A DNA stretch of 64,000 bases from Lama guanicoe (lineage: Eukaryota): positions 4,804,123 to 4,868,122 of the forward strand of contig MU053557.1 of assembly GCA_013239625.1 (NCBI GenBank), in the 5' to 3' direction. Shown piece after piece: positions 50,450 to 62,200 of the stretch. Within the stretch, counting starts at the first letter, position 1; each line of letters begins with the position of its first letter. The position numbers and the translations under genes are program-made. The notes beneath the pieces are model-generated. The model did not search any database and was not told the origin of the DNA. It worked only from the letters and a program-made list of their open reading frames with translations.

Positions 50450-50750
50450 TGAAATCTCCAAATTTAGAAGAAATATGAAAATTGTCAACCACTCCTTCCT
50501 TAGGGGGTAAAAGCAACATTCGGCACCGGGGGCAGGTCAAGGCGAGGTGGTCACGTGGCAGGCGCCTGGGCCAATGAGGGGCCCGAGAGGACTCAGTACC
50601 CGCCTTGTCCCAACACTGGGCTCGCCTCTTCAGCTCATATAAGGTAAAAGGCAGAGGGGCCTTTGTGGCCAGGGAGCAGTGGGCAAGGGGCTAAGGGGAG
50701 GGGGGCCCAGTGCCAGCTGTTTAAAAGTGCACCCGTGGCAGTGGCAGTGA
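50450..50750 (+). promoter_or_regulatory. Muscle-type Pol II promoter, probable CARMN/MIR143HG promoter
   Basis: CArG-like CCAAATTTAG at 50458-50467 and TCATATAAGG at 50635-50644 (one mismatch each), E-box CACGTG at 50552-50557, CCAAT at 50571-50575, TATA-like TTTAAAAG at 50720-50727; locally CpG-enriched; located at the syntenic position beyond the IL17B 5' end. Confidence 0.6.
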
Positions 50751-50871
50751 GGGGTGCCAGAGGCCCAGTCAAGTTAGTTGAGGAGCAGTGACACCTCCAA
50801 TCATCCCCCAAACAGGCTGGTCCCCGTTTCCAGGTCACAAGGAGCCACACCTGGACCAAAACACAGGAGAG
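50750..50871 (+). ncRNA. CARMN: Probable first exon of lncRNA CARMN (miR-143/145 host gene); start approximate; the transcript likely continues past the window end
   Basis: Begins ~25-30 nt after the TATA-like element, contains no ATG, and ends in a strong donor GAG|GTAAGA (GT at 50872). Gene order GRPEL2-PCYOX1L-IL17B-CARMN-miR143/145 is established in human and mouse. Identity is inferred from synteny, not from an alignment. Confidence 0.55.
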
Positions 50872-53800
50872 GTAAGAACCAGCGGCAAATGTGGGGTCTG
50901 TGAAGAGGGGGGCCTCTGTGGCATCCTCCCCGGGGGATGCTGCATCTGAGGTCTAAGTCCTTGCTCTCTTGCTAACCGACTCTGGACCTCGGTTTCCCCA
51001 TCTGCACAGGGGCTGGACTGGATGATCTCTAAGCGCCCATCCTGCCCTGACCGGATGTGCAGGATCCATGGTCCTGTTGGCTTTGAGGACTCCTTGTGGC
51101 TGTGGTTAAATGAGGGGGTGGGAGCAGAGGGAGGGCAGAGCATAAGTGTCCCACCGCCTGAGCATCACCACCATCCCCAAGTCTGCACCCGTCTTGCTGG
51201 CTTCGCTGTAGACAATGCTTCTTCCTTGTCTATGGAGTTTGATTTCTCAGCAACAAGAGCCTGGGGCTCCTGGCAAGGAAAACTGTTTTCAAATAATGGT
51301 TTCAAGAAGCAAAGCCGGAGGAGAAGCGATGTCAGCTCAGGCTCCGGCAGACAGGCAGAGAGGCGGAAAGGCTGGGGTGTTGGCTTGGCCGCAGCAGTGG
51401 GAAGAGCTCCCTGGCTGGGGGATGAGGACGCAGGCTGCAGCCTCAGCTCTGCCTCTCACTGCCTGGCCCTGGGGCCTTGGGGGGACGCCCTACCCTCTCT
51501 GGGCTGCAGTTTCCCATCTGTAGTATGAGGCCGACGGACAACATGGTCTCCATGCAGGACATGGCTTCTGAACCCCATTTGAGCCTAGAAGGCAGGTGGG
51601 GTTGGAAAGTTCCCCCAGGAGGCCCTGAGCTAGTCTACTGTGTAACCACAGGCTTAGGGTCTAAGTAGACATCTGAAGCTCAGGCAGCTTTTGGAGTCTG
51701 AGCCTCACGCAATGGAAAGAAGCTGAAGGGTCAATGACTTCAGGCTTGGCCAGGGGAAGGGCCAGCCCAACCTGGAGACCTCAGGATAAGCCTGGCCCCA
51801 GGGCAGCTTCTGTTGAGGAAGGGGCCTGATCTCTAAATTCAGTGTACTTGGGGTTCAGGACGTTGGAGTGGGATGGGGACAGAAAAGATAGGAGAGTTTC
51901 AAGAGGCAAAGTGGTGGGGCCAGGAGACTCAGAGGAAGGCGGCGGACTCGTGACGGGCAACGTGGGAGGGAGGGCTGGGTAGAGGCAGAGGTCTGGGGTC
52001 AGGGCTGGAAGACGGGCAGGCAACATTGCTCTTCAGATTAAGCTCTGGCACATCTGGGGCCTAGAATGGACAAAGTCCTCCAGCTCCAGCCTGCCCAGCA
52101 CCCTTGTTTCCCCACTTCTGGTCACACAAGACCTAAGGCCGTAAGAGTCCAAAAGGAGACTCTGGAATTCAACTGCCTGGGTCCAATTCTGGCTTGTTTA
52201 CTTACCAAACAAGTGGCCTTGGGCAAGTCACTTGCCATCTCTGAGTCTTAGCTCCCTCCCCTATAGAATGGGTAAGGCTTTGGTTCAGACCTCACTTGGC
52301 TGTCATGAGGAGTGAGGGACATATGTTCATAAGAGCAGGATAACTTGGCTAATGTTTATTACAATTAGCCTTATTCCTTTTGTGGGTTAAGATGACCTTA
52401 GCTATGCTTAGAGCGATGTGCGAGTGAGACCCAGGCAGACAGCACACAGAGCTGCTGAAGAGAGAGCAGGAGGGGTGAGGTCAGAGGTTAAGGGGCACAG
52501 AAGAGGGATCAGCTCAAAATGTTCAAGAGCTAGGTGAGGTCTCCTTTCCAGCACTTGTAGGGTATTGTGTGGACAGTGTGTCCCAAAGTGTGGTGTCTGA
52601 ACCACTGTATACTCATCAACTAACAGAGAATCCTGGGTGGGGCCCAGGAAGCTGCGATACAAGCTCCCTGGGGAGTTCCCACACACATGGAGTTTTGAGA
52701 ATGCTGTGCTGTCAAGCAGCCTGAAACCTACCTTAGCAAACAGAGCTAAGGTAACTTAATCCACAAAAAAAAGGGAGCACCACTCTAGGTCACACAGAGG
52801 GCTGATAGAGCTGAAACAGAATCAGCCTGTATGGTGGTGCAGATAGGAAAATTATACCACAATTGAGGAGGCTCAGGCACTACCCAAGGCTTTTACACAA
52901 ATTAATTCACTTAACCCTCAAGACAATCCTGTGAGGTAGGTCCAACTATTATCCCCATTTTATAGATGAGGAAACAGAGAGAGGTTAAGTAGCTTGCCTA
53001 AGGTAACACAGCTCATGAACTGTTAAACCTGGACACAGTATGTGGGCCGGCTGCCCCAGCTGCTCTGTCCCCAGGGGTCTCCTACCTCCTGCCCTGCCCC
53101 GTAGCCACCACACCCAAGAACCAGGGAATCCTCTAATATACTTCATGAATGTATATGGAGGATTTCCTGGGAGCCAAGGTCCTGGGCTGAAGCTCTTGCA
53201 TTATCATTTAATCCTCCCAGGATTACCACGAGACAGGAATTAGCATCATTCCTTCATCTCCATTTGTAGGGAAAGAAAATCACTGGAACTTACCCAAGGT
53301 CACACAGCTAGAAAGTGGCAGAGGGGATATGAATCTAGCCTGCAAAAAGCACGCTCGTAGCCTGTCCACCACAGCACCTCTACCTCTGAGCGCAGTGATG
53401 TGGAATTTCCCACTTCACAGAGGAGACCGAGGCTAGGTGGGTGGCCACACCAGAGTTTAACCTGAGTCTCCTAGTTCGAAGGCCACTGCCCCTCCCTCAG
53501 CCCCACCATGCCCCGCTGGATAGAAAGGAGTTTCCTTGTCACTGGTCCTTAGCAGCCACATGGCAGCTCTTTGGGCAAAGTCAGCCCTTTCCCAGGCTGG
53601 CCCATTCTAAGGAAGAGCTGACACACATAGCTCTGAGGAATAGAAAGTTCCAGGCCCGGTGTCGCCACTGACCCTCAGGGCTATGTCTGATTTCCCAAGT
53701 GAGCCTTGAGGGTTGAACAGATGGTCTCTGAGGTCCTCACCTTTGGGTTATGCCTGGGCCATGTCTCATTAGCAATTTCCCAACTAAACAGCCCCTGGGG

Positions 53801-56800
53801 CTCAGGGACACACGGGCATGCAAAGAAGCTGTGATAAAGACTGTTTCTGATTGTTATTATGACCATTTTCGTCCATGTCCCCAGGGGCACATGAGCCAGA
53901 GTTTCTCCGGGGTTCATACCTAGACGGGGAAGGCTGCGTCTGGGGTATGCTCCTGTCAACTTTACAGGGAAGCACCAGATTATTTTCTAAAGTGGTCAAA
54001 CCACGTCATAACTCCCACCAGCAGTGTATGAGCATTTCCCCTTCTTGACAACCTGGAAATTATCTGAATTCTTGAAGCATACATATTACACATTTTATTT
54101 TATATTTATCAAGTTTGTATAATAAAGAATTTAAGAAAGAAATAGAAATGCCATAGCATTCCTGTCCACACAGGTATTTAGAAATTTTCCCTACATGCAT
54201 CCAAGTTAACAGGGCACTGGCAGGCCCTGGGGTGGGAGCACAGCCGAGATGGCCCTCCCTAGCCCAGAAGTCTGCAGTGACCACAGTCCAATCAGAGCTC
54301 GCCTGCAATGGTCTAAAAGAATTCAGGGGAAAGAGCCCACAGTGGCTGCCACCTCCTAACAGCCTGTCTAGACAGCCACATGGGGATTCACCACACATGG
54401 TAAGAGCCCACAGAGGCCAGCCCCCTCCCCTCTTGCAAAAGAGGCTCATTGGTGGCAATGCTTCACCACCAGAAACCTTTTCTCCAATTTAAAACATGCC
54501 TTAACACACAGCATGAGTCACCCACTGTCATGAACCTAGGAGACCAATTCATCAGCCCCTTTTTGTTTGGATGAGAAAATAGAGGCTGATTCTGGAGCCA
54601 GGGGCCTTTCCAGTGTGGGCTGAATGAATCCCCATGCCCAGGTGATGAGGGGACCAGGCTGGGGTCAGAGTGCTGCTAGTGGGGCTAAGATGCAGCAGGT
54701 TGGCCACTAAAGGTGCCAGAGGGGCATCAGGCTGCCTGCGTTTGAATCCCAGACCTGCCTTATAGCAGCTGTGTGACCTTGGGCATGATAAGTGTAACTG
54801 CTTCATTAGGCTGTTGAGTTGTCTAGATTAAATGATTTAAAATTCATGAAGCTCTCAACAGTGACTGGCGTATAATAAGTACTCCATTAAAAATAACTGC
54901 AAAAATGTGATGAGAAAAGGCAGTTTCTTCAGGAGAAGGAGATGCCATACTGGGCCCTAACTCTGCTTTCCCTCTAGGGGGATAAGTGGCCCTTGTTCTT
55001 TCAAAAATTGCCATGTATCATGTCTTCCCAAGCAGCCAACCCTTCACCCAGCACTCTCTGAGGTAAGTACTATTATCCCTCTGGGAACCTGAGGCTCAGA
55101 GAGATTTAGTCATTTGCCCAAAGTCACACAGCTTATAGGAGGCTCTGCTAGGACTCAAACCCAGGTCTACCTGACTCTAGAACCCATACACATACGCTCT
55201 AGCACTGCCCCCAGTGAGTCTGTGAAAAAGAGCTCCTTCTGGTTCTATCCACCTAATAGGACCAACTCTTGGCGCTTGGGAAGGAGGCCACTTGAAAGTT
55301 GATGCTTCCTTCTAGATTAGGCATTGTTATAGTAAGATATAAACAGAGCCTCCACCACTGCCAAATGCCAGTGGCAAAAATGCAGACAATCCTCATCCAT
55401 GAGCACACATTAGCATGGATTTAGTACCCTTGGGGGCCTGCTCAGTCCTGGGCTGCCCTTAACTGACACAGCTCATCAGTTATTTGAGGAAGGGGCAGTC
55501 AGCTAAGCCAAGGCTGGAGGAGGCAGCCTCATCCTTATATATCCCCAAGAGCCCATCCCAGCCACAAATCTAGGTCTTCTCCTCTAACATCCTCTTCTGA
55601 CCCAAGCCAAGCTCCAAAGGAGATAGAAAAACCCCAAACTGGAAAACACACTGGAACTTACAAACCTCACAGGGACACTGCTCCGCTGCTATTAGCGTCT
55701 GCCCCGTACCCTTCTCCTCCTTCAGGGAAACAGGTGGGTGTGCAGTGTCCAGACAGAGTTACTGCCTCAGGAGGCCATCCATAGTGGCCATGACAGCACC
55801 CTGGCTGGGCTCTGGGCTGAGAGGCCACTGGTCAGTCTGCCTGGAGCCTGCCAGACCTCAGGCATGTGACCCAATAACCCCACTAAGTCCAAGGGCATCT
55901 GCTGAGATAAGCTGAACAAGATGGAGAGAAAGAGAAAGAAACAGGCTAGTTCTCTGGCCCAAGCTCTACAGTCAACACATGAGTAAGTTCCTCCATCCCT
56001 CTGGGCCCTTCAGACTGAGATGATCCAGGATTTGGGATGGGAAGAGGACAGCTCTGGTCATCCCATGTATGACAGTGGATGTCCAAACTCTCAGGGAGGA
56101 AAAACCTGGGGTGGGGGTGGTCATAATAGCAGGGGGCACACTTTGGATAAACAGAGAAGAGAGGAGAAGGCATTCCAAGTGGAGAGCTATTTGTACAAAG
56201 GAAAGGCGACAGGACTTTCAGGAGAACAGCAAACAAGCCCATTTGGCTGGAACTGCGGGTAGGTCTAGAAGCTTGGTGAAGTCTGAGGCTGGCAAAGCAA
56301 GGAAGGCCTGGTCATGGAGTGGTTTGACTGCCAGAAATCAAAGTCCCAGAAGACAGAAGTCCTCCTTGGTGTCTGTCTCTGGGCAGGAGATTTGTACTCT
56401 TCCCCAAAACATCATCCAGCCAAGAGCCCCAGTGCAGGAGAGACCTGGGAATTAGGGCATTGGTGACCCTGAGATATCAAGAAATGAGACAGGAGACCTC
56501 AGGGTGGGATTAGGAGCGGAAGAAAGCCCAAGGGCTGCAGTCACCATCTTTAAAATTTGAAGAGCTTTCTGGTGATCAGAAACTGGTTCTTCGTAGCCCC
56601 GAAGGACAGAGCATGCAGCCCCAGAGAGGCAGGTGTCAGTGGGATATTAGGAAGGTGTCTTCAACAGTCTGTCCAAAGACAGATAAGGCGATCGGGAAGC
56701 AGTGCACCTCCCATCACCAGAGGTATGCAAGCTTAGCACGGACACTGTAGAGAGAAGTCAAACAGTAGAGGAGGCTGGGCCTCATGGCCTTTCCCACCAC

Positions 56801-59068
56801 CAGGCTGGGACTTCACATCACAGCCCTAGCTGCCCTGGGACAATCTTACGATCCTGAGCCCCTCTGCTGCCTGGATGTCAGATTCCCAGCTAGGCATGAC
56901 ATCAGTTCTGTCTTGATTTCACACAGGGGCCTCTAGGGACCTCCTCTCCCTCCCACTTCCTTCCACTCCACTGCTGCCTTCTGCCCTTCCCAGGGAGCAC
57001 CAGGCCTGACCAGAGAGACCTGGAGCCTGGTTGAGACTTGGTCCCTGGGGAACCTTCCACCCAGCAGGAAGACAGAGAGGGCCAGGGTCCCTGGGAGACC
57101 TGTTCACATGCCCCAAAGAGTCTACATGGAAATTCCAGGAGGGTCACAGGGAAGCTTCCAATTTAGAACAAAATACTTTATTTTTATCCCCCTTTCTTTC
57201 CTGTCCCTGTTTTCCCCCAGTGGTGGGCAGGGGTGCCATTGGAGGCTGGGAGAGGAAAGCAAGGGTTCTCATTGGGCAGAATCAAAGGAAGACCAGTGTG
57301 GAGAGATGAGAGGGTGGGGCAGACAGGGAGGAGATGGGCTGGGCCTTGGGGAGCTGTATACCACATGGGAAGAGTGAGGCAGAGAGCAAAGTCGAGGGAA
57401 TAGCGAGGCCTGGGCAGGGTCGTAGGCAGTGGGCATGATCACTGACCAGACCAGCAGGCATTCCTGGACATGCAAGACCAGAGCTACCTGAGCTCTGGGT
57501 TCAAGCTGGAGTCAGAGAGTTAGCCAAGATTCCCAGAACAGAGGGCTTTGGGATTTGGGCTTCCAGGCACTGGGTCCCTGTCTCAATGGAATGAAAAGCT
57601 ACAGAGATCTGTAGATAAGACTAGATCCGTCTCATTCACACTGGTAATCCTGGTAAATGCTTAATAATCAGTCTTAGTGCTGAATCTTAAACTCACAGTG
57701 TCACAGTCCTATTAGACCCGAAAGTGACCTAGAGCATCAAGGCCATCTACTCATGTTATAGGTGCAGAACCTGAAGCCAGTGATGGGGAGAGACTTGCCC
57801 AAGATCACACTGCCAGGGTGGCCACCCAGTCCTGTGCGTCCTTCTTTGCCTCTTCCCTGCCTTCTAAGCCAAGACAGAGACTATGGTATGGTCCTCGCAG
57901 CCAAAGGAGGGGAACAGAGAAGAGGCGGGTCCCCCGACAGGACATAATTGTTTTCAAGAACTGTCTCCAAGAGGCGGGCAGAGGATGACAGCGTATATTG
58001 AGTTCTGGCAGCTCTCCCCAGGAAGGCGCTTTTACTGGCCAGACATGATCCCCTAAATTGTGGACTGCTGCAGATGGGAGGCCTCTTGCAGAGGAAAGAG
58101 CCCACGGCTAGGAGGGGAAGCCCTTGGTTCTTTTCCTGGCTCTTTCCTAATGCGCTGCATGACTTGAGATGAGGTCCTCTCAGGCATCAGTGTGCCCAGT
58201 GAGGGGCTGGACCCAGCCAGCTTGGACAGTCAGAGATTCCATCCATGATCTGACCCAGTCTCCTGCGGCACCTCCTCTCTCTTTCTCAGTCCATCTTAGC
58301 TTTTTTCTCACGACAGGAAGTAGAACAGAAGCCTGCAGGCTCCCCTCTGCCAGGGAATAGCATTCTTTCTGCCCAAGCTTTGCTTTCCAGCCTTGGAATT
58401 CCCAGAGAGGCAAAAAGCTACAAAGGCCCTTATGAGGGAATCTGAGATCAGAGAGGTTCGGCAGATTGCACAAGGTCACACAGCAAATAGCATGTCAACT
58501 GGGAGGAGGCCTTGGGGCTCCTGACACTCAGACTAGTGCTCTGTCCACAGACCACTCTGCCCTCCAGAGTAAAGGGCATGTAAGCCAACCTCGTGTGGAC
58601 CCAAGCACTGATTTACCTTGACACTTCAAACCCCCTCACATGGGGAGCCCACAATCTCTTCCCCTCTCTGCGGCTCAGTTTCTTCTTCTATGAAACAGGG
58701 AGATAAGGGTGGTAAGATGTCTCTAGGAGCCCGTGCACCCTAGGACCCCAGGCCTTTCCAGTGTGGCCTCCTCAGCCCTGTCTTCACAGAGGGTGGGGCT
58801 ACCCTGCCCAGGAAATCCCACCAAGTCACAAACCCTGTCCATCCCTGTCCCACCCCAGACCCCAGGGCTGGGCTTTATCCACAACTACAGGCTCCAGCCC
58901 AGCTGCCCCTCAGAGAATCTGGATTTTTCTTACCATAAAAGGACAAGCATGCCTCTCTTGGTCCCTGCTGCCAGCCCCACTGGGGGAAAGGCTGAGCTAT
59001 TTTTAGAAAACTCAAGGGTTTGCTCCCAAACTCAAGATGGAGCCTCTCTGGGCCTGCACCCGGGAGAC

Positions 59069-59296
59069 CTTCCCCATCTCCCTCATCCACCTTCCCTCTG
59101 TATGCCTCCCTCTCGGCCCACTGCTGTCTCTTCCCTCCCTTCTCCTCTCCTCTCTCTGCCTCTCTGCCTTGCTCTCACTCTCACTCCATCAATCTCTTTT
59201 TTTCTCTCCCTCTCCTCCCCTCTTCCTTCCCCCTCAGTCCTCCCTTCTCCTCAAATCTCCTCCTCGTCATCTCCCCTCCTCCACTTTCCTCCCTCA
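59069..59296. repeat. Long CT-rich low-complexity (polypyrimidine) tract
   Basis: About 230 bp that is predominantly C/T. Confidence 0.8.
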
Positions 59297-62200
59297 GATC
59301 TTGTTTTTGGTGGTTGGAGAAAGTAACACATCTGCACCCCCACTCCCTTCTCAAACACTATTTACAACATAAATTCCAAACATCCGCCATCTGGTTCTAG
59401 GAAGGGCCAAAAGATACTCAGAAAAGGAAGTCATGATTATTCCATCTTCAAAGCCAAGGGAATTTAAAGGCCTTCCTCTCTCCTGCCTTCCTCCCAGGGC
59501 CCTTTTCTTGAGATCTGACCGATTAGGATCCCTCAGTGAGTGGAAGGAGTCAGTCCTAGCTGGGCCTCTGAATGACTGCATCATGAGCTTGTTGCTTCTC
59601 CTCTCCAGGCTTCAGTTCCCTCACCTGACACGTGGGCACACGACTCGGGTGCCTCCAGCATGCTTGCTCTGAGACTTCACATTCTGCTGCAGAAAATCCA
59701 CCTGGTCCAGGTCCTGGGGGCCTGCCTGAGGCTTAGCAGTGAGGGTGAGATGGGGGCAAGGGGAGCGAGAGGCAGCTGTGGGGAGCTCCAGCTTTGATGC
59801 CTGTCTCTTTCACTCCACAGAGCTCTGTGCAGCCCACTCACCTTCCTTCACACTGACACTCACCAGGAGAATGGCATGGAGTCAAACCATCCCCCTTTAT
59901 CTGACCCTGGGAGATCTCTGGACCATTGAATCTAGTCCTCAGCCCACCACATCATGGTGAGGCCCAGAGAGGGGAAGACACTTGTCTGCAATCACACAGC
60001 ATGCCTACAGGAGAACTTGTGCCTAACCTGCTGCTTTCCCATCCAACACATGCCAGAAGAAACCAACATTTGTATTACCCAGAAAGTATCACTCAGCCCA
60101 GCAAACTGGAACCCTGGAGGTCCCCAGTTTCCTGCAAAGTAGACAAGACAGAAGGGAGAACCAACTCCTTTATCATGGTGGGTTGTTGTTTCTTTCAAAC
60201 GGACAGCATAAAAGGGAGAAATACCGTGGAAAAGAGGCAAAACAAACCAAAATGAGAAGTCCCCTTGCTTATGGAGACACATGCCCTTGCCAGGGCCCAC
60301 ACAGCCTCTACTTACATTGAAAATGCTCTCTCTGCTCACAGCCACCTTTCCATAAACAGGAACACACGCTTGACAGAATGTCATGAGAGAGATTCCGGCT
60401 ATCGCTCTGTAAAAAGGGAGCCATAAGCCATCTGCTCTCACAGGGGAGCCTGAAAATGCATGTCGGGCTGCCTGGAGCCAATCCTGATTCTGACATTTAC
60501 CAAGTGTGTGAGCTTGAGGAGCACTGTAACTTCTGGGAGCCTCAGTTTCCTCATCTGCAAAGTGGGGATAAGAAAGGCAGCTAACTCATAATCAATTGTG
60601 ACGATCAGATGAAAAATCCTGGGTAAAACAAAGCACTTAGTGGGTGTGGAACACTTTGAAGGCACCAGCGTGTCAGCTATAATGTATGTTAGCCAGTTAG
60701 GATTATGGCAAGTCCCAGTGTAAGCCGGGTAGGCGAGCAGAAGTTGTTATCACTGTCACTGTTTTCCCAGGCTTTGTTCTCACTGGAAGGTCTTGTGGAG
60801 TCTTGGGGATCCTGGTCTCTACCCCCCACCCTCCCAGAACCTGAGCTACTCAAGACTGGGCTTGTAAGCCAGGCAGTTCTGGGCCCCGTTTCTTTCCCTC
60901 TCTTCCCTTTCTCCTGCATCATCTTGCTTCAGCCTCAGACTGCGTTCCCAGGGCTTGCTCCAAAGTCCCCAGCAGTGACCCTCCCTGGGGAGGAAGTAGG
61001 GAGCGTGTGAGGCTGGCGAACTCAGCTGGGCTGTCAAGGGGGTGGGAGGGTGCTCTGGGAACAACAGAGCCACACAACGGAGGGGACCTAGTAAGAGCCC
61101 CCACATGGTGGCCCTCACCCCAGCTACCACATCTTCTCTGGATGCCTCCTCGAACCTTTGCCCTCACCCTTCCTGCTTCTCGTCCTCCCATGCCTGTGCC
61201 TCACCATGGGCCCAGCTTTGTGCTCATAATGGAAATTGCAGCCATTTATTGTGGGCTTATGAGGTGCCTGCAACTGCACTTGCACTTGCCATCTACCTCA
61301 TTTGCCCTTCAGTTGACCTTCACAAACAAGCCATGATTCAGAGAGGTGAAGCCACAAGCTTGAGATCACACAGCTAGAAAGTGCTAGGGGTGAGATTCAA
61401 ACGCAGGTCTGCTGGGCTCCAGGGCCGATGTCTTCTCAATTCTTCCCACACATATGGTGGAAACTCTAGGGCCTTGGAGCCCAAGGAGAGCACAGGCTAT
61501 GGTACACACACATGTGTGAGGGAGCAGAGGAAGGGGAGCTGTGAGCAAGAAGGCTCCTCCAGAAAAAAATCAGCACGGGCCCAACCTCAGCCCTCTCCCA
61601 CAGCAGTGCCATCTGGCTTGCAGATGTGGCCCGCTCCCAGCCCTTTGCGTTTCTTGGAAATGAAGGCCAGGAGAGGGCAGAGGGGCTTTTGCAATGACCA
61701 TGACGATGTGAGCTCTGTTTTGTGGTCATCCAGTTGGCTGCTGCCCAAGCTCAGGAGACAGCTGGATTAAGCATGAGCAGCCCGGGGTTCGAGCCAGCCT
61801 GATACTTGCCAGGGGTTGACCTGGGTACACTGCAGAGCCTCTTTGAACCTCAGTAAGCAGGGAAGTCATTCCTACCTCTGGCTGTAGTTGTGAGTGTTCC
61901 TTGAGTTACAGGAGGCAGCATTTGCAGGCTGAAAGCCTTGTGCAGCTGGAATTGGTCACTGGCAGACCTAGGGCTGTCCCTTCATCCTTGGCCACTGTGT
62001 TAATCTCAGATTTCCATCTACCCCTAAATAGTTCCTTTTCCATGTATGAAGCTAGAGTTGGGGGCCATTGGTCAGAGGGGCCTCCAGGAAATTTCCTTCC
62101 AAACCTGTTCTTTCGCTGATGGCGCCTGGGTGTGCTGGGAAGGGAAGGTGGCCACTTCTGCTCTTGGAACTTAGAGCTACTCAGAAGACCCCCTATGAAA

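Noticed and set aside
58733..59400. 197-aa Ser/Pro/Leu-rich ORF and neighbours
   Set aside because: Artefact of the CT-rich low-complexity tract, which lacks stop codons.
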